64,000 nucleotides of DNA from Escherichia phage JK1. The stretch lies in the sequence record MZ436830.1; one strand, 5' to 3'. The notes under the pieces are model-generated. The model did no database searches and was not told where the DNA came from. It saw only the letters and a program-made list of their open reading frames with translations. Shown piece after piece: positions 8,148-19,428 of this stretch (within the stretch, counting starts at the first letter, position 1; each line of letters starts with the position of its first letter). Both the position numbers and the translations under genes were made by a program.

Positions 8148-8172
8148 GTGTTTCTCCTCAAATTTAATTAAG

Positions 8173-8196
8173 ATTATAACACACAAAACTGAAGCA
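8173..8196 (-). promoter_or_regulatory. MotA-dependent middle promoter for gene 1
   Basis: Minus strand TGCTTCA (MotA box), 11-nt spacer, TATAAT, then GAGGAG SD and ATG. Confidence 0.55.
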
Positions 8197-8727
8197 TTAA
8201 ACTTCTGCTATAATTTTTCCATCTTTTTCTACTTGAAAATATGTGTAAGGAATCGTTGCAGTACATACTAAAGCCGGGTCTGAATCTTCTGTGTAGCTAA
8301 ATTCTACTTCAGATAGGTCAGAAACCCAAGGCTTATAAAAATTTATTGACATCACGATTTCAGTTTTGCTATTATCTAAGATGTAAAGCGTAATGTACTC
8401 AGGACCTGTTTTTTGAGCAGTATTTTCACCTGTAAGATAGTTGCTAGTTCCTAGCATCCATTCATACATTCCTATCCATGATTTAAGTTCTTCATCAACT
8501 ATAAATCTCACAATGAGTGGATCATACTCGAATGTAACACCTGGACGTTGTGCTCGGCCCAGTCCAAACGGCCCAGTCACGGTATCAGTAACAGGTATTC
8601 TAATTCCTGGAATAGGAACTGACTGAGCATTTAAAGTAAAAGCAGATGTAGTATTACTATGTGGTATTGATAATACAAAGTTAGTTGTATTTGCTTGGTT
8701 AAAAATTTGTTGCAGAGCTTGCGACAT
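8197..8727 (-). CDS. 3: gp3 tail tube terminator / sheath stabiliser
   Basis: MSQALQQIFNQANTTNFVLSIP...; 176 aa after trimming ORF track 8197..8808 to the ATG with GAGGAA SD. Confidence 0.85.
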   Translation of the reverse strand: MSQALQQIFNQANTTNFVLSIPHSNTTSAFTLNAQSVPIPGIRIPVTDTVTGPFGLGRAQRPGVTFEYDPLIVRFIVDEELKSWIGMYEWMLGTSNYLTGENTAQKTGPEYITLYILDNSKTEIVMSINFYKPWVSDLSEVEFSYTEDSDPALVCTATIPYTYFQVEKDGKIIAEV

Positions 8728-8833
8728 ATATTCCTCATAATGCTTTATAACTGTTGGTGGTATAATGGGTCTAAGTCCCTTCCATTCAATTCCATTTAGA
8801 ACAAACAACAGAAAAGAATGGAAGATAATAGAA

Positions 8834-9658
8834 TTAGATATTTGACCAGACTTTGTTTGCAGAGAAACGTTTTCCTTTTGAAACGAACTGCTGAAGTGGC
8901 ATCAACACAACGTTCGCCCAGTCTTTCGGGGCGATTTCAACAAGGCTACCCATAATATTACCAGGTATATATGCCTTAATCATTTGGTCTGCACCCCTAA
9001 ATCCTTTCACTTGACTCCAATCAATTTTTAATTTCGTTTTATTAGTAATAGTAGGTGTATTTGCATATTGCTTTAAAAGCTCTTCTAGGAATTGCTGACG
9101 AGCTTTAGGTGGAATATAGTGCAAGTTTAATCCGTACATTAAATTATGCTTACCTAAACCAAGGTAAATTATCAAAGGAAATTTATCCCAGTAAGGAAGA
9201 GTTTCCTTGTGTTTAGCATCATAAGCAAAAGCATATATTCGTCCCGGCTGCGGGCGAACAACTTTATGTCCTTTTACTTGCTTAATAGTTTCAGCAAACC
9301 ACTTTCTGGTTTTATTATTAATTGCTGCACCTTCATTACGAATTTTATCGCGCAATGTTTGTCTGAATGAATTTATCATAAGCAGTTGTCTTTCTTGCTT
9401 ATTGAGCTTATTCATTGGTTTTGATTCAAGCTTTTGAATCTTTTCAGCTGTTTTAATTCCTGAAGCATATTTTGACATTGCCGAAGTAAACGTAGAGTAT
9501 TTGATTCCTCTTTCTTCAGCAAATTGCTTTCCTGTCATTCCTTTTGCTTTGGCCTTTTTATATTCAAGACCTATTTGAATCCATTTCTTTTCGTTTAATG
9601 ATTGCTTAACCTTTGGAACTTGGGGAGTGCTTTCATTAATTATTTGAAAAATAGCCAT
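8834..9658 (-). CDS. 2: gp2 DNA end protector protein
   Basis: 274 aa [16 protein letters not shown]...; T4 gp2 length and order. Confidence 0.9.
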
Positions 9659-10110
9659 TATGCCCCCTTAAAGCCAAGAGCTCGTAATCCATCTTCTGTT
9701 AGAATTCTAAATTTTATTCCACGCTTTTCAGCTAAAGCTTGCGCTGCTTTCCATTTGTCGGTATTAACGGAATATGTATAAATTTCATTCATAAATCTTT
9801 TCTTCGCTGCAGTTGTTAGATGTGCTGGTTTAACCGGTGGTTGTGTTTCTTTTTTAGGTTTTATTTCAATAAAAAATTCTTGCCCAGAAGAATCTTTCAT
9901 CCAAATATCCATGAAGTATCTACGTTTTTTCCCTTCTGCATTACAAAAATAAGGAATTACTGCTGTTTCACTACCCCATGCAATAATTTCTGGATTTTTA
10001 TCTAACCATTCAAAAAAGAATTTTTCCCAATTTGATCTATACGTAATTTTTTTAGGGTCACCTCTATACTTTGATATATTTTTAGGAACCCATTTTCCAG
10101 AATATGCCAT
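9658..10110 (-). CDS. 4: gp4 head completion protein
   Basis: 150 aa [21 protein letters not shown]...; T4 gp4. Confidence 0.9.
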
Positions 10111-10121
10111 TGGATTCTCCT

Positions 10122-10129
10122 TATAAATA
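10122..10129 (+). promoter_or_regulatory. late promoter TATAAATA for gene 53
   Basis: Exact TATAAATA 29 nt upstream of gp53 ATG. Confidence 0.6.
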
Positions 10130-10136
10130 GATAATA

Positions 10137-10144
10137 TATTTATA
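10137..10144 (-). promoter_or_regulatory. late promoter TATAAATA (minus) for gene 4
   Basis: Plus tatttata is the reverse complement of TATAAATA, 27 nt upstream of gp4 ATG; divergent with the gp53 promoter. Confidence 0.55.
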
Positions 10145-10157
10145 AACAGGAGGGCCC

Positions 10158-10748
10158 ATGCTCTTTACATTTTTTGATCCGATTGAATATGCGGCCAAAA
10201 CGGTGAATAAAAACGCGCCGACTATTCCTATGACAGATATTTTTAGAAACTATAAAGACTATTTCAAACGTGCTCTTGCGGGATACCGCTTACGTACTTA
10301 TTATATTAAAGGTTCACCACGCCCGGAAGAATTAGCAAATACTATATATGGAAATCCACAGTTGTATTGGGTTTTATTGATGTGTAATGATAATTATGAT
10401 CCATATTATGGATGGATTACTTCACAAGAAGCTGCTTATCAAGCATCTATACAAAAATACAAAAATGTGGGTGGAGATCAGATAGTATATCATGTGAATG
10501 AGAACGGTGAAAAATTTTATAATTTAATATCATACGATGATAATCCATATGTTTGGTATGATAAAGGCGATAAAGCTAGAAAATATCCTCAATATGAAGG
10601 AGCACTTGCTGCGGTCGATACGTATGAAGCTGCTGTTCTTGAAAATGAAAAACTTCGTCAAATAAAAATAATAGCAAAATCAGACATCAATTCATTTATG
10701 AACGACCTTATACGTATAATGGAGAAATCTTATGGAAATGATAAGTAA
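10158..10748 (+). CDS. 53: gp53 baseplate wedge subunit
   Basis: 196 aa; AGGAGGG SD; T4 order. Confidence 0.9.
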   Translation: MLFTFFDPIEYAAKTVNKNAPTIPMTDIFRNYKDYFKRALAGYRLRTYYIKGSPRPEELANTIYGNPQLYWVLLMCNDNYDPYYGWITSQEAAYQASIQKYKNVGGDQIVYHVNENGEKFYNLISYDDNPYVWYDKGDKARKYPQYEGALAAVDTYEAAVLENEKLRQIKIIAKSDINSFMNDLIRIMEKSYGNDK

Positions 10749-12459
10749 TAACCTTAATTGGTTTGTTGGTGTTGTTGAAGATAGAATGGACCCATTAAAA
10801 TTAGGTCGTGTTCGTGTTCGTGTGGTTGGTCTGCATCCACCACAAAGAGCGCAAGGTGATGTAATGGGTATTCCAACTGAAAAATTACCATGGATGTCAG
10901 TTATTCAACCTATAACTTCTGCAGCAATGTCTGGAATTGGAGGTTCTGTTACTGGACCGGTAGAAGGAACTAGAGTTTATGGTCATTTTTTAGACAAATG
11001 GAAAACTAACGGAATTGTCCTTGGCACGTATGGTGGAATAGTTCGCGAAAAACCGAATAGACTTGAAGGATTTTCTGACCCAACTGGGCAATATCCTAGA
11101 CGTTTAGGAAATGATACTAACGTACTAAACCAAGGCGGTGATGTAGGATATGATTCCTCTTCTAATGTTATTCAAGATAGTAACTTAGACACTGCAATAA
11201 ATCCTGATGATAGACCACTATCAGAGATTCCAACTGATGATAATCCAAACATGTCAATGGCTGAAATGCTTCGCCGTGATGAAGGATTAAGACTAAAAGT
11301 TTATTGGGATACTGAAGGATATCCGACAATTGGTATTGGTCATCTTATCATGAAGCAGCCAGTTCGTGATATGGCTCAAATTAATAAAGTTTTATCAAAA
11401 CAAGTTGGTCGTGAAATTACAGGAAATCCAGGTTCTATTACAATGGAAGAAGCGACGACTTTATTTGAGCGTGATTTGGCTGATATGCAACGTGACATTA
11501 AATCACATTCTAAAGTAGGACCAGTCTGGCAAGCTGTCAACCGTTCTCGCCAAATGGCATTAGAAAATATGGCATTTCAGATGGGTGTTGGCGGTGTAGC
11601 TAAATTTAACACAATGTTAACTGCTATGTTAGCAGGAGATTGGGAAAAAGCATATAAAGCCGGTCGTGATTCATTGTGGTATCAACAAACAAAAGGCCGT
11701 GCATCCCGTGTTACCATGATTATTCTTACGGGGAATTTGGAATCATATGGTGTTGAAGTGAAAACTCCAGCTAGGTCTTTATCGGCAATGGCTGCGACTG
11801 TAGCTAAATCTTCTGACCCTGCTGACCCTCCTATTCCAAATGACTCGAGAATTTTATTCAAAGAACCAGTTTCTTCATATAAAGGCGAATATCCTTATGT
11901 GCATACAATGGAAACTGAAAGCGGACATATTCAGGAATTTGATGATACCCCTGGGCAAGAACGATACAGATTAGTTCATCCAACTGGAACTTATGAAGAA
12001 GTATCACCGTCAGGAAGAAGAACAAGAAAAACTGTTGATAATTTGTATGATATAACCAACGCTGATGGTAATTTTTTGGTAGCCGGTGATAAAAAGACTA
12101 ACGTCGGTGGTTCAGAAATTTATTACAACATGGATAATCGTCTTCACCAAATAGATGGAAGCAATACAATATTTGTACGTGGCGATGAAACTAAGACGGT
12201 TGAAGGTAATGGAACTATCCTAGTTAAAGGTAATGTTACTATTGTAGTTGAAGGTAATGCTGACATTACAGTTAAAGGAGATGCTACCACTTTAGTTGAA
12301 GGAAATCAGACTAATACAGTAAATGGAAATCTTTCTTGGAAAGTTGCTGGGACAGTTGATTGGGACGTTGGTGGTGATTGGACAGAAAAAATGGCATCTA
12401 TGAGTTCTATTTCATCTGGTCAATACACAATTGATGGATCGAGGATTGACATTGGCTAA
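10732..12459 (+). CDS. 5: gp5 baseplate hub subunit and tail lysozyme
   Basis: 575 aa; lysozyme domain (GYPTIGIGHL...), C-terminal VxGxxxxx beta-helix repeats. Confidence 0.95.
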   Translation: MEMISNNLNWFVGVVEDRMDPLKLGRVRVRVVGLHPPQRAQGDVMGIPTEKLPWMSVIQPITSAAMSGIGGSVTGPVEGTRVYGHFLDKWKTNGIVLGTYGGIVREKPNRLEGFSDPTGQYPRRLGNDTNVLNQGGDVGYDSSSNVIQDSNLDTAINPDDRPLSEIPTDDNPNMSMAEMLRRDEGLRLKVYWDTEGYPTIGIGHLIMKQPVRDMAQINKVLSKQVGREITGNPGSITMEEATTLFERDLADMQRDIKSHSKVGPVWQAVNRSRQMALENMAFQMGVGGVAKFNTMLTAMLAGDWEKAYKAGRDSLWYQQTKGRASRVTMIILTGNLESYGVEVKTPARSLSAMAATVAKSSDPADPPIPNDSRILFKEPVSSYKGEYPYVHTMETESGHIQEFDDTPGQERYRLVHPTGTYEEVSPSGRRTRKTVDNLYDITNADGNFLVAGDKKTNVGGSEIYYNMDNRLHQIDGSNTIFVRGDETKTVEGNGTILVKGNVTIVVEGNADITVKGDATTLVEGNQTNTVNGNLSWKVAGTVDWDVGGDWTEKMASMSSISSGQYTIDGSRIDIG

Positions 12460-12493
12460 TATACTTCCAATGAGCGCTGATTTAGGAGAATCC

Positions 12494-12988
12494 ATGGAAG
12501 GTTCTTCTATCGACGTCACCTTTACCGCTCAATTAGAAACAGGTGAAACGTTAGTATCTATAAATATAACTAGTTACGAAGAAACTCCTGGGGTTTTAGT
12601 AGAAGAAAATCGCTTATATGGAACATATGAATCTGTATTTGGTTTCGGAAATGACGCGTTGAAATATCGTTTAGGCGATGAATTTAAAACTGCTGCTTCA
12701 TGGGAAGAACTTCCTACTGATTCTGATACTCAGTTGTATTTGTGGAAAGCTCCTCAGAATCTCCAGAAGACATTCACTTACGAAGTAACATTAATATATG
12801 ACTACCAAGAACAAAGTGAATCTGGAGGTTCTGGCAGTAATTCTAGGTCATCTTCTGATACTACTGAACCGACAGATCCTCCTGCTCCAGTAAGAAAAAC
12901 TCTCGTTAAAAATTATACTAAAACTATAGTTGGAAATTGGAGTCGTTGGGCTAATAAATTGAGAAGCTATGTGTATGAGAGGCCATAA
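12494..12988 (+). CDS. 5.1: gp5.1 conserved hypothetical protein (start uncertain)
   Basis: ORF track 12431..12988 begins at TTG inside gene 5; ATG at 12494 preceded by AGGAGA is preferred; acidic/Ser-rich C-terminus. Confidence 0.6.
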
Positions 12989-13282
12989 ATGTCAGGATTA
13001 AGTTATGATAAGTGTGTTACTGCTGGCCATGAAGCGTGGCCTCCAACAGTTGTGAATGCTACACAAAGTAAAGTATTCACTGGAGGAATTGCTGTTCTCG
13101 TAGCAGGTGATCCAATTACAGAACATACAGAAATTAAAAAGCCATATGAAACACATGGCGGAGTGACACAACCCAGAACTTCTAAGGTATATGTCACTGG
13201 AAAGAAAGCTGTTCAAATGGCTGATCCAATATCATGCGGTGATACTGTGGCTCAGGCATCATCTAAAGTATTCATTAAATAG
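12989..13282 (+). CDS. 5.4: gp5.4 PAAR-repeat spike tip protein
   Basis: 97 aa [24 protein letters not shown]...; matches T4 gp5.4. Confidence 0.85.
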
Positions 13283-13290
13283 GATTTAAA

Positions 13291-15273
13291 ATGGCAAATA
13301 CCCCTGTAAATTATCAATTAACAAGAACAGCAAATGCTATTCCCGAGATATTCGTCGGGGGTACGTTTGCTGAAATAAAACAAAACCTCATTGAATGGCT
13401 TAATGGCCAAAATGAATTTTTGGATTATGATTTTGAAGGCTCAAGATTAAACGTTCTGTGTGACCTTTTGGCTTATAATACATTGTACATTCAACAATTT
13501 GGTAATGCTGCTGTGTATGAAAGCTTTATGCGTACTGCTAACTTACGAAGCTCAGTTGTTCAAGCTGCGCAAGATAACGGATATTTACCTACTTCAAAAT
13601 CCGCTGCGCAGACCGAAATTATGTTAACATGCACCGACGCATTGAATAGGAATTACATTACAATTCCTCGCGGAACTCGCTTTTTAGCATATGCAAAAGA
13701 TACTTCTGTTAATCCATATAACTTCGTTTCTACCGAAGACGTTATTGCTATTCGTGATAAAAATAACCAATATTTTCCGCGTTTAAAATTGGCCCAGGGA
13801 CGTATAGTAAGAACTGAAATCATTTATGATAAATTAACACCTATTATCATTTATGATAAAAATATTGATAGAAACCAGGTTAAATTATATGTTGATGGAG
13901 CGGAATGGATTAACTGGACAAGAAAGTCAATGGTTCATGCTGGTTCAACATCAACGATTTATTATATGCGTGAAACTATTGATGGAAACACTGAATTCTA
14001 TTTTGGTGAAGGTGAAATTTCTGTTAATGCTTCTGAAGGAGCTTTGACCGCTAATTATATCGGAGGTCTTAAACCTACTCAGAACTCTACGATTGTTATT
14101 GAGTACATCAGTACTAATGGCGCTGACGCGAACGGAGCAGTCGGATTTTCATACGCAGATACATTAACAAATATAACTGTCATCAATATTAATGAAAATC
14201 CAAACGATGACCCAGATTTTGTTGGGGCAGATGGCGGCGGCGATCCAGAAGATATTGAACGTATTCGCGAATTGGGTACTATTAAACGCGAAACCCAGCA
14301 ACGCTGCGTAACTGCAACTGACTATGATACATTCGTTTCAGAGAGATTTGGTTCTATTATTCAAGCAGTTCAGACTTTCACTGATTCTACTAAACCTGGG
14401 TATGCATTTATTGCTGCTAAACCTAAATCAGGACTGTATTTAACTACTGTACAGCGCGAAGATATTAAAAATTATCTCAAAGACTATAATTTAGCTCCTA
14501 TTACGCCATCAATTATTTCTCCTAATTATCTTTTTATTAAGACTAATTTAAAAGTCACATATGCTTTAAATAAACTGCAAGAATCCGAACAGTGGCTTGA
14601 AGGTCAAATAATTGATAAAATTGATCGCTATTATACCGAAGATGTAGAAATTTTTAACTCGTCTTTCGCTAAATCTAAGATGTTGACATATGTAGATGAT
14701 GCAGATCATTCTGTCATTGGTTCATCAGCGACTATTCAAATGGTTCGTGAAGTACAAAACTTCTATAAAACGCCTGAAGCAGGTATTAAATACAATAATC
14801 AAATAAAAGATCGTTCTATGGAATCTAATACGTTTTCATTTAATTCTGGACGAAAGGTTATAAATCCTGATACTGGTTTAGAAGAAGATGTATTATATGA
14901 CGTTCGCATAGTATCAACAGACCGAGATTCTAAAGGAATTGGTAAAGTTATTATTGGTCCATTTGCTTCTGGCGATGTTACAGAAAATGAAAACATTCAG
15001 CCGTATACAGGCAACGATTTTAACAAATTAGCAAATTCTGATGGACGCGACAAATACTATGTTATCGGTGAAATAAATTATCCAGCTGACATGATTTATT
15101 GGAATATCGCTAAAATTAATTTAACATCTGAAAAATTTGAAGTTCAGACTATTGAATTATATTCTGACCCAACTGATGATGTTATCTTTACTCGCGATGG
15201 TTCACTGATTGTATTTGAAAATGACTTACGTCCACAATACTTAACTATCGATTTGGAGCCTATATCACAATGA
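13291..15273 (+). CDS. 6: gp6 baseplate wedge subunit
   Basis: 660 aa, T4 length and order. Confidence 0.9.
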   Translation: MANTPVNYQLTRTANAIPEIFVGGTFAEIKQNLIEWLNGQNEFLDYDFEGSRLNVLCDLLAYNTLYIQQFGNAAVYESFMRTANLRSSVVQAAQDNGYLPTSKSAAQTEIMLTCTDALNRNYITIPRGTRFLAYAKDTSVNPYNFVSTEDVIAIRDKNNQYFPRLKLAQGRIVRTEIIYDKLTPIIIYDKNIDRNQVKLYVDGAEWINWTRKSMVHAGSTSTIYYMRETIDGNTEFYFGEGEISVNASEGALTANYIGGLKPTQNSTIVIEYISTNGADANGAVGFSYADTLTNITVININENPNDDPDFVGADGGGDPEDIERIRELGTIKRETQQRCVTATDYDTFVSERFGSIIQAVQTFTDSTKPGYAFIAAKPKSGLYLTTVQREDIKNYLKDYNLAPITPSIISPNYLFIKTNLKVTYALNKLQESEQWLEGQIIDKIDRYYTEDVEIFNSSFAKSKMLTYVDDADHSVIGSSATIQMVREVQNFYKTPEAGIKYNNQIKDRSMESNTFSFNSGRKVINPDTGLEEDVLYDVRIVSTDRDSKGIGKVIIGPFASGDVTENENIQPYTGNDFNKLANSDGRDKYYVIGEINYPADMIYWNIAKINLTSEKFEVQTIELYSDPTDDVIFTRDGSLIVFENDLRPQYLTIDLEPISQ

Positions 15274-18200
15274 CAGTAAAAGCACCTTCAGTCACTAGTC
15301 TCAGAATTTCCAAGTTATCCGCAAATCAGGTGCAAGTACGCTGGGATGACGTTGGTGCTAATTTCTACTATTTTGTAGAAATCGCTGAGACAAAAACAAA
15401 CTCGGGGGAAAATCTCCCGAGTAATCAATACAGATGGATTAACTTAGGATATACTGCAAATAACAGCTTCTTTTTTGATGATGCTGATCCATTGACATCA
15501 TACATTATCAGAGTAGCTACAGCTGCGCAAGATTTTGAGCAGTCTGATTGGATTTATACCGAAGAGTTTGAAACTTTTGCTACAAATGCTTATACATTTC
15601 AAAACATGATTGAAATGCAATTAGCCAATAAATTCATTCAGGAAAAATTTACTCTTAATAATTCTGATTATGTTAATTTTAATAATGACACTATAATGGC
15701 TGCATTGATGAATGAATCATTTCAATTCAGCCCATCGTATGTTGATGTTTCATCAATAAGTAATTTTATTATTGGTGAAAATGAGTATCATGAAATACAA
15801 GGTTCTATTCAGCAAGTATGTAAGGATATTAACCGAGTTTATTTGATGGAATCAGAAGGAATTCTATATCTTTTTGAGCGCTATCAACCTGTAGTTAAAG
15901 TATCCAATGATAAAGGACAAACTTGGAAAGCTGTAAAGCTCTTCAATGACCGTGTAGGATATCCTTTATCTAAGACAGTATATTACCAATCTGCGAACAC
16001 AACATACGTTCTAGGATACGACAAGATTTTCTATGGCCGCAAATCTACTGATGTTAGATGGTCAGCCGATGATGTCAGATTTAGTTCTCAGGATATAACA
16101 TTTGCTAAACTTGGCGACCAACTTCATTTAGGATTTGATGTAGAAATTTTTGCCACTTACGCGACTTTGCCAGCGAATGTATACCGCATTGCAGAAGCTA
16201 TTACTTGCACCGATGATTACATTTACGTTGTCGCCAGAGACAAAGTTAGATACATAAAAACGAGTAATGCACCTATAGATTCTGATCCATTATCTCCAAC
16301 ATATTCGGAAAGACTTTTTGAACCTGATACTATGACTATAACCGGAAATCCTAAAGCGGTATGCTATAAAATGGATTCTATCGGTGATAAAGTTTTTGCT
16401 CTTATTATTGGTGAAGTTGAAACATTAAATGCTAATCCTAGAACATCAAAAATAATTGATTCCGCTGATAAAGGAATATATGTTTTAAATCATGACGAAA
16501 AAACATGGAAAAGAGTTTTTGGTAATACCGAAGAAGAAAGAAGACGTATTCAACCCGGATATGCGAATATGTCAACTGACGGTAAATTAGTTTCTCTGTC
16601 TTCGAGTAATTTTAAATTTTTAAGTGATAATGTTGTTAATGACCCTGAAACTGCAGCAAAATATCAGTTAATTGGTGCTGTCAAATATGAATTTCCTCGT
16701 GAATGGCTAGCTGATAAGCATTATCATATGATGGCATTTATAGCGGATGAAAAATCTGATTGGGAAACTTTTACTCCTCAACCAATGAAATACTACGCAG
16801 AACCGTTCTTTAACTGGTCTAAAAAATCTAACACACGCTGTTGGATAAACAACTCCGATAGGGTTGTAGTAGTTTATGCTGATTTAAAATACACTAAAGT
16901 TATAGAAAATATTCCGGAAACATCACCAGATAGATTAGTTCATGAATACTGGGATGATGGCGATTGTACTATAGTAATGCCAAATGTTAAATTCACTGGA
17001 TTTAAAAAATATGCATCTGGGATGCTTTTCTATAAAGCCTCTGGTGAAATAATTTCTTACTATGATTTTAACTATCGCGTGAGAGATACAGTAGAAATTA
17101 TTTGGAAGCCAACTGAAGTATTTTTAAAAGCATTTTTACAAAACCAAGAGCATGAAACTCCTTGGTCGCCTGAAGAAGAGCGTGGATTGGCTGACCCTGA
17201 TTTAAGACCATTGATTGGCACAATGATGCCTGATTCTTATTTGTTGCAGGATTCGAATTTTGAGGCATTTTGCGAAGCATATATTCAGTATCTTTCTGAT
17301 GGATATGGAACTCAGTATAACAATTTACGAAATTTAATTCGTAACAAATATCCACGAGAAGAGCATGCATGGGAATATTTGTGGTCAGAGATATATAAAA
17401 GAAACATTTATTTAAATGCTGACAAACGTGATGCTGTTGCAAGATTTTTCGAATCACGTAGCTATGATTTTTATTCTACTAAAGGAATTGAAGCATCATA
17501 CAAATTTCTTTTTAAAGTTCTTTATAATGAAGAGGTTGAAATTGAAATTGAATCTGGGGCTGGTACTGAATATGATATAATCGTTCAATCTGATTCTTTG
17601 ACTGAAGACTTAGTAGGACAAACGATTTATACAGCTACAGGAAGATGTAATGTTACTTATATAGAAAGAAGCTATTCTAATGGTAAATTGCAATGGACCG
17701 TAACTATTCATAATCTTTTGGGACGATTAATTGCTGGCCAAGAAGTTAAAGCAGAAAGACTTCCTAGTTTTGAAGGCGAAATTATTCGTGGGGTTAAAGG
17801 AAAGGATTTGCTTCAAAATAATATAGACTATATTAATAGAAGTCGATCATATTATGTAATGAAAATTAAATCCAATTTACCTTCTTCTCGTTGGAAATCT
17901 GACGTTATTCGTTTTGTTCATCCAGTAGGATTTGGATTTATAGCAATTACCCTTTTAACGATGTTTATTAATGTTGGTTTAACTCTTAAACACACAGAGA
18001 CTATAATTAATAAATACAAAAACTATAAATGGGATTCTGGATTGCCTACTGAATATGCTGATAGAGTAGCTAAATTGACTCCAACTGGTGAAATTGAGCA
18101 TGATTCGGTAACAGGCGAAGCAATTTATGAGCCTGGCCCAATGGCTGGTGTAGAATATCCTCTTCCTGATGACTATAATGCTGAAAATAATAATTCAATA

Positions 18201-18368
18201 TTTCAAGGTCAATTGCCGTCTGAACGACGTAAATTAATGAGTCCTTTATTTGATGCATCTGGAACAACATTTGCGCAATTTAGAGATTTAGTTAATAAAC
18301 GTCTAAAAGATAATATAGGAAATACAAGAGACCCTGAAAATCCAACACAGGTTAAAATAGATGAATGA
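15270..18368 (+). CDS. 7: gp7 baseplate wedge initiator
   Basis: 1032 aa, T4 length and order; ATGA overlap with gene 6. Confidence 0.9.
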   Translation: MTVKAPSVTSLRISKLSANQVQVRWDDVGANFYYFVEIAETKTNSGENLPSNQYRWINLGYTANNSFFFDDADPLTSYIIRVATAAQDFEQSDWIYTEEFETFATNAYTFQNMIEMQLANKFIQEKFTLNNSDYVNFNNDTIMAALMNESFQFSPSYVDVSSISNFIIGENEYHEIQGSIQQVCKDINRVYLMESEGILYLFERYQPVVKVSNDKGQTWKAVKLFNDRVGYPLSKTVYYQSANTTYVLGYDKIFYGRKSTDVRWSADDVRFSSQDITFAKLGDQLHLGFDVEIFATYATLPANVYRIAEAITCTDDYIYVVARDKVRYIKTSNAPIDSDPLSPTYSERLFEPDTMTITGNPKAVCYKMDSIGDKVFALIIGEVETLNANPRTSKIIDSADKGIYVLNHDEKTWKRVFGNTEEERRRIQPGYANMSTDGKLVSLSSSNFKFLSDNVVNDPETAAKYQLIGAVKYEFPREWLADKHYHMMAFIADEKSDWETFTPQPMKYYAEPFFNWSKKSNTRCWINNSDRVVVVYADLKYTKVIENIPETSPDRLVHEYWDDGDCTIVMPNVKFTGFKKYASGMLFYKASGEIISYYDFNYRVRDTVEIIWKPTEVFLKAFLQNQEHETPWSPEEERGLADPDLRPLIGTMMPDSYLLQDSNFEAFCEAYIQYLSDGYGTQYNNLRNLIRNKYPREEHAWEYLWSEIYKRNIYLNADKRDAVARFFESRSYDFYSTKGIEASYKFLFKVLYNEEVEIEIESGAGTEYDIIVQSDSLTEDLVGQTIYTATGRCNVTYIERSYSNGKLQWTVTIHNLLGRLIAGQEVKAERLPSFEGEIIRGVKGKDLLQNNIDYINRSRSYYVMKIKSNLPSSRWKSDVIRFVHPVGFGFIAITLLTMFINVGLTLKHTETIINKYKNYKWDSGLPTEYADRVAKLTPTGEIEHDSVTGEAIYEPGPMAGVEYPLPDDYNAENNNSIFQGQLPSERRKLMSPLFDASGTTFAQFRDLVNKRLKDNIGNTRDPENPTQVKIDE

Positions 18369-19365
18369 TTCAAGTGTTATCTATCGTGCGATAGTTACTT
18401 CAAAATTTAGAACAGAAAAAATGTTGAATTTTTATAATTCAATTGGAAGTGGTCCGGATAAAAACACTATCTTTATCACATTTGGAAGATCAGAACCGTG
18501 GTCATCAAATGAAAATGAGGTGGGCTTTGCCCCACCTTATCCTACCGATTCTGTATTAGGTGTAACTGACATGTGGACTCATATGATGGGAACAGTAAAG
18601 GTTCTTCCATCAATGCTTGATGCTGTTATTCCTCGTAGAGATTGGGGAGATACTAGATATCCGGATCCATACACATTTAGAATTAACGATATTGTAGTGT
18701 GTAACTCAGCTCCTTACAACGCTACTGAATCAGGCGCAGGCTGGTTAGTATATCGTTGTTTAGATGTTCCTGATACCGGAATGTGTTCAATCGCATCTTT
18801 AACTGATAAGGATGAATGCCTTAAGTTAGGTGGAAAATGGACTCCTTCTGCTAGGTCAATGACTCCTCCTGAAGGTCGAGGAGATGCTGAAGGAACAATT
18901 GAACCTGGGGACGGATATGTTTGGGAATATCTATTTGAGATTCCGCCTGATGTATCTATAAATAGATGCACGAATGAATATATCGTGGTTCCTTGGCCTG
19001 AGGAATTAAAAGAAGACCCGACTAGATGGGGATATGAAGATAATCTCACTTGGCAGCAAGATGATTTTGGATTAATTTACCGTGTTAAGGCAAATACTAT
19101 CCGTTTTAAAGCATATTTAGATTCAGTTTATTTTCCTGAAGCTGCATTGCCAGGAAATAAAGGATTTAGACAAATATCAATAATCACGAATCCTCTTGAA
19201 GCTAAAGCTCATCCAAATGACCCAAACGTTAAAGCTGAAAAGGATTATTATGATCCGGAAGATTTAATGAGGCATTCGGGCGAAATGATTTATATGGAAA
19301 ATAGGCCACCTATTATTATGGCAATGGATCAGACAGAAGAAATCAATATTCTGTTTACATTTTAA
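18361..19365 (+). CDS. 8: gp8 baseplate wedge subunit
   Basis: 334 aa, T4 length and order. Confidence 0.9.
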   Translation: MNDSSVIYRAIVTSKFRTEKMLNFYNSIGSGPDKNTIFITFGRSEPWSSNENEVGFAPPYPTDSVLGVTDMWTHMMGTVKVLPSMLDAVIPRRDWGDTRYPDPYTFRINDIVVCNSAPYNATESGAGWLVYRCLDVPDTGMCSIASLTDKDECLKLGGKWTPSARSMTPPEGRGDAEGTIEPGDGYVWEYLFEIPPDVSINRCTNEYIVVPWPEELKEDPTRWGYEDNLTWQQDDFGLIYRVKANTIRFKAYLDSVYFPEAALPGNKGFRQISIITNPLEAKAHPNDPNVKAEKDYYDPEDLMRHSGEMIYMENRPPIIMAMDQTEEINILFTF

Positions 19366-19370
19366 ATTAA

Positions 19371-19396
19371 GGGAGCCCATGGGCTCCCTTTTTCTT
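19371..19396 (+). terminator. terminator after gene 8
   Basis: Perfect palindrome GGGAGCCC-AT-GGGCTCCC followed by TTTTTCTTT. Confidence 0.7.
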
Positions 19397-19404
19397 TATA
19401 AATA
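19397..19404 (+). promoter_or_regulatory. late promoter TATAAATA for gene 9
   Basis: Exact TATAAATA 25 nt upstream of gp9 ATG. Confidence 0.65.
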
Positions 19405-19428
19405 CTATAAACTCATAAGGAAACCGCT

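Noticed and set aside
12431-12493. TTG and ATG starts for gene 5.1 overlapping the end of gene 5
   Set aside because: A strong AGGAGA SD precedes the ATG at 12494 just after the gene 5 stop; the longer form would need an in-gene start without SD. Not excluded, only deprioritised.
17098-17457. Antisense ORFs inside structural genes (e.g. 17098..17457 in gene 7, 18714..19049 in gene 8, 36495..36839 in gene 22, 37348..37734 in gene 23, 52569..52907 in gene 48, 54771..55020 in the Alt paralogue)
   Set aside because: Each sits opposite a confidently identified T4 structural gene, lacks an RBS and promoter, and has Ser/Cys/Phe-rich composition typical of non-coding frames.
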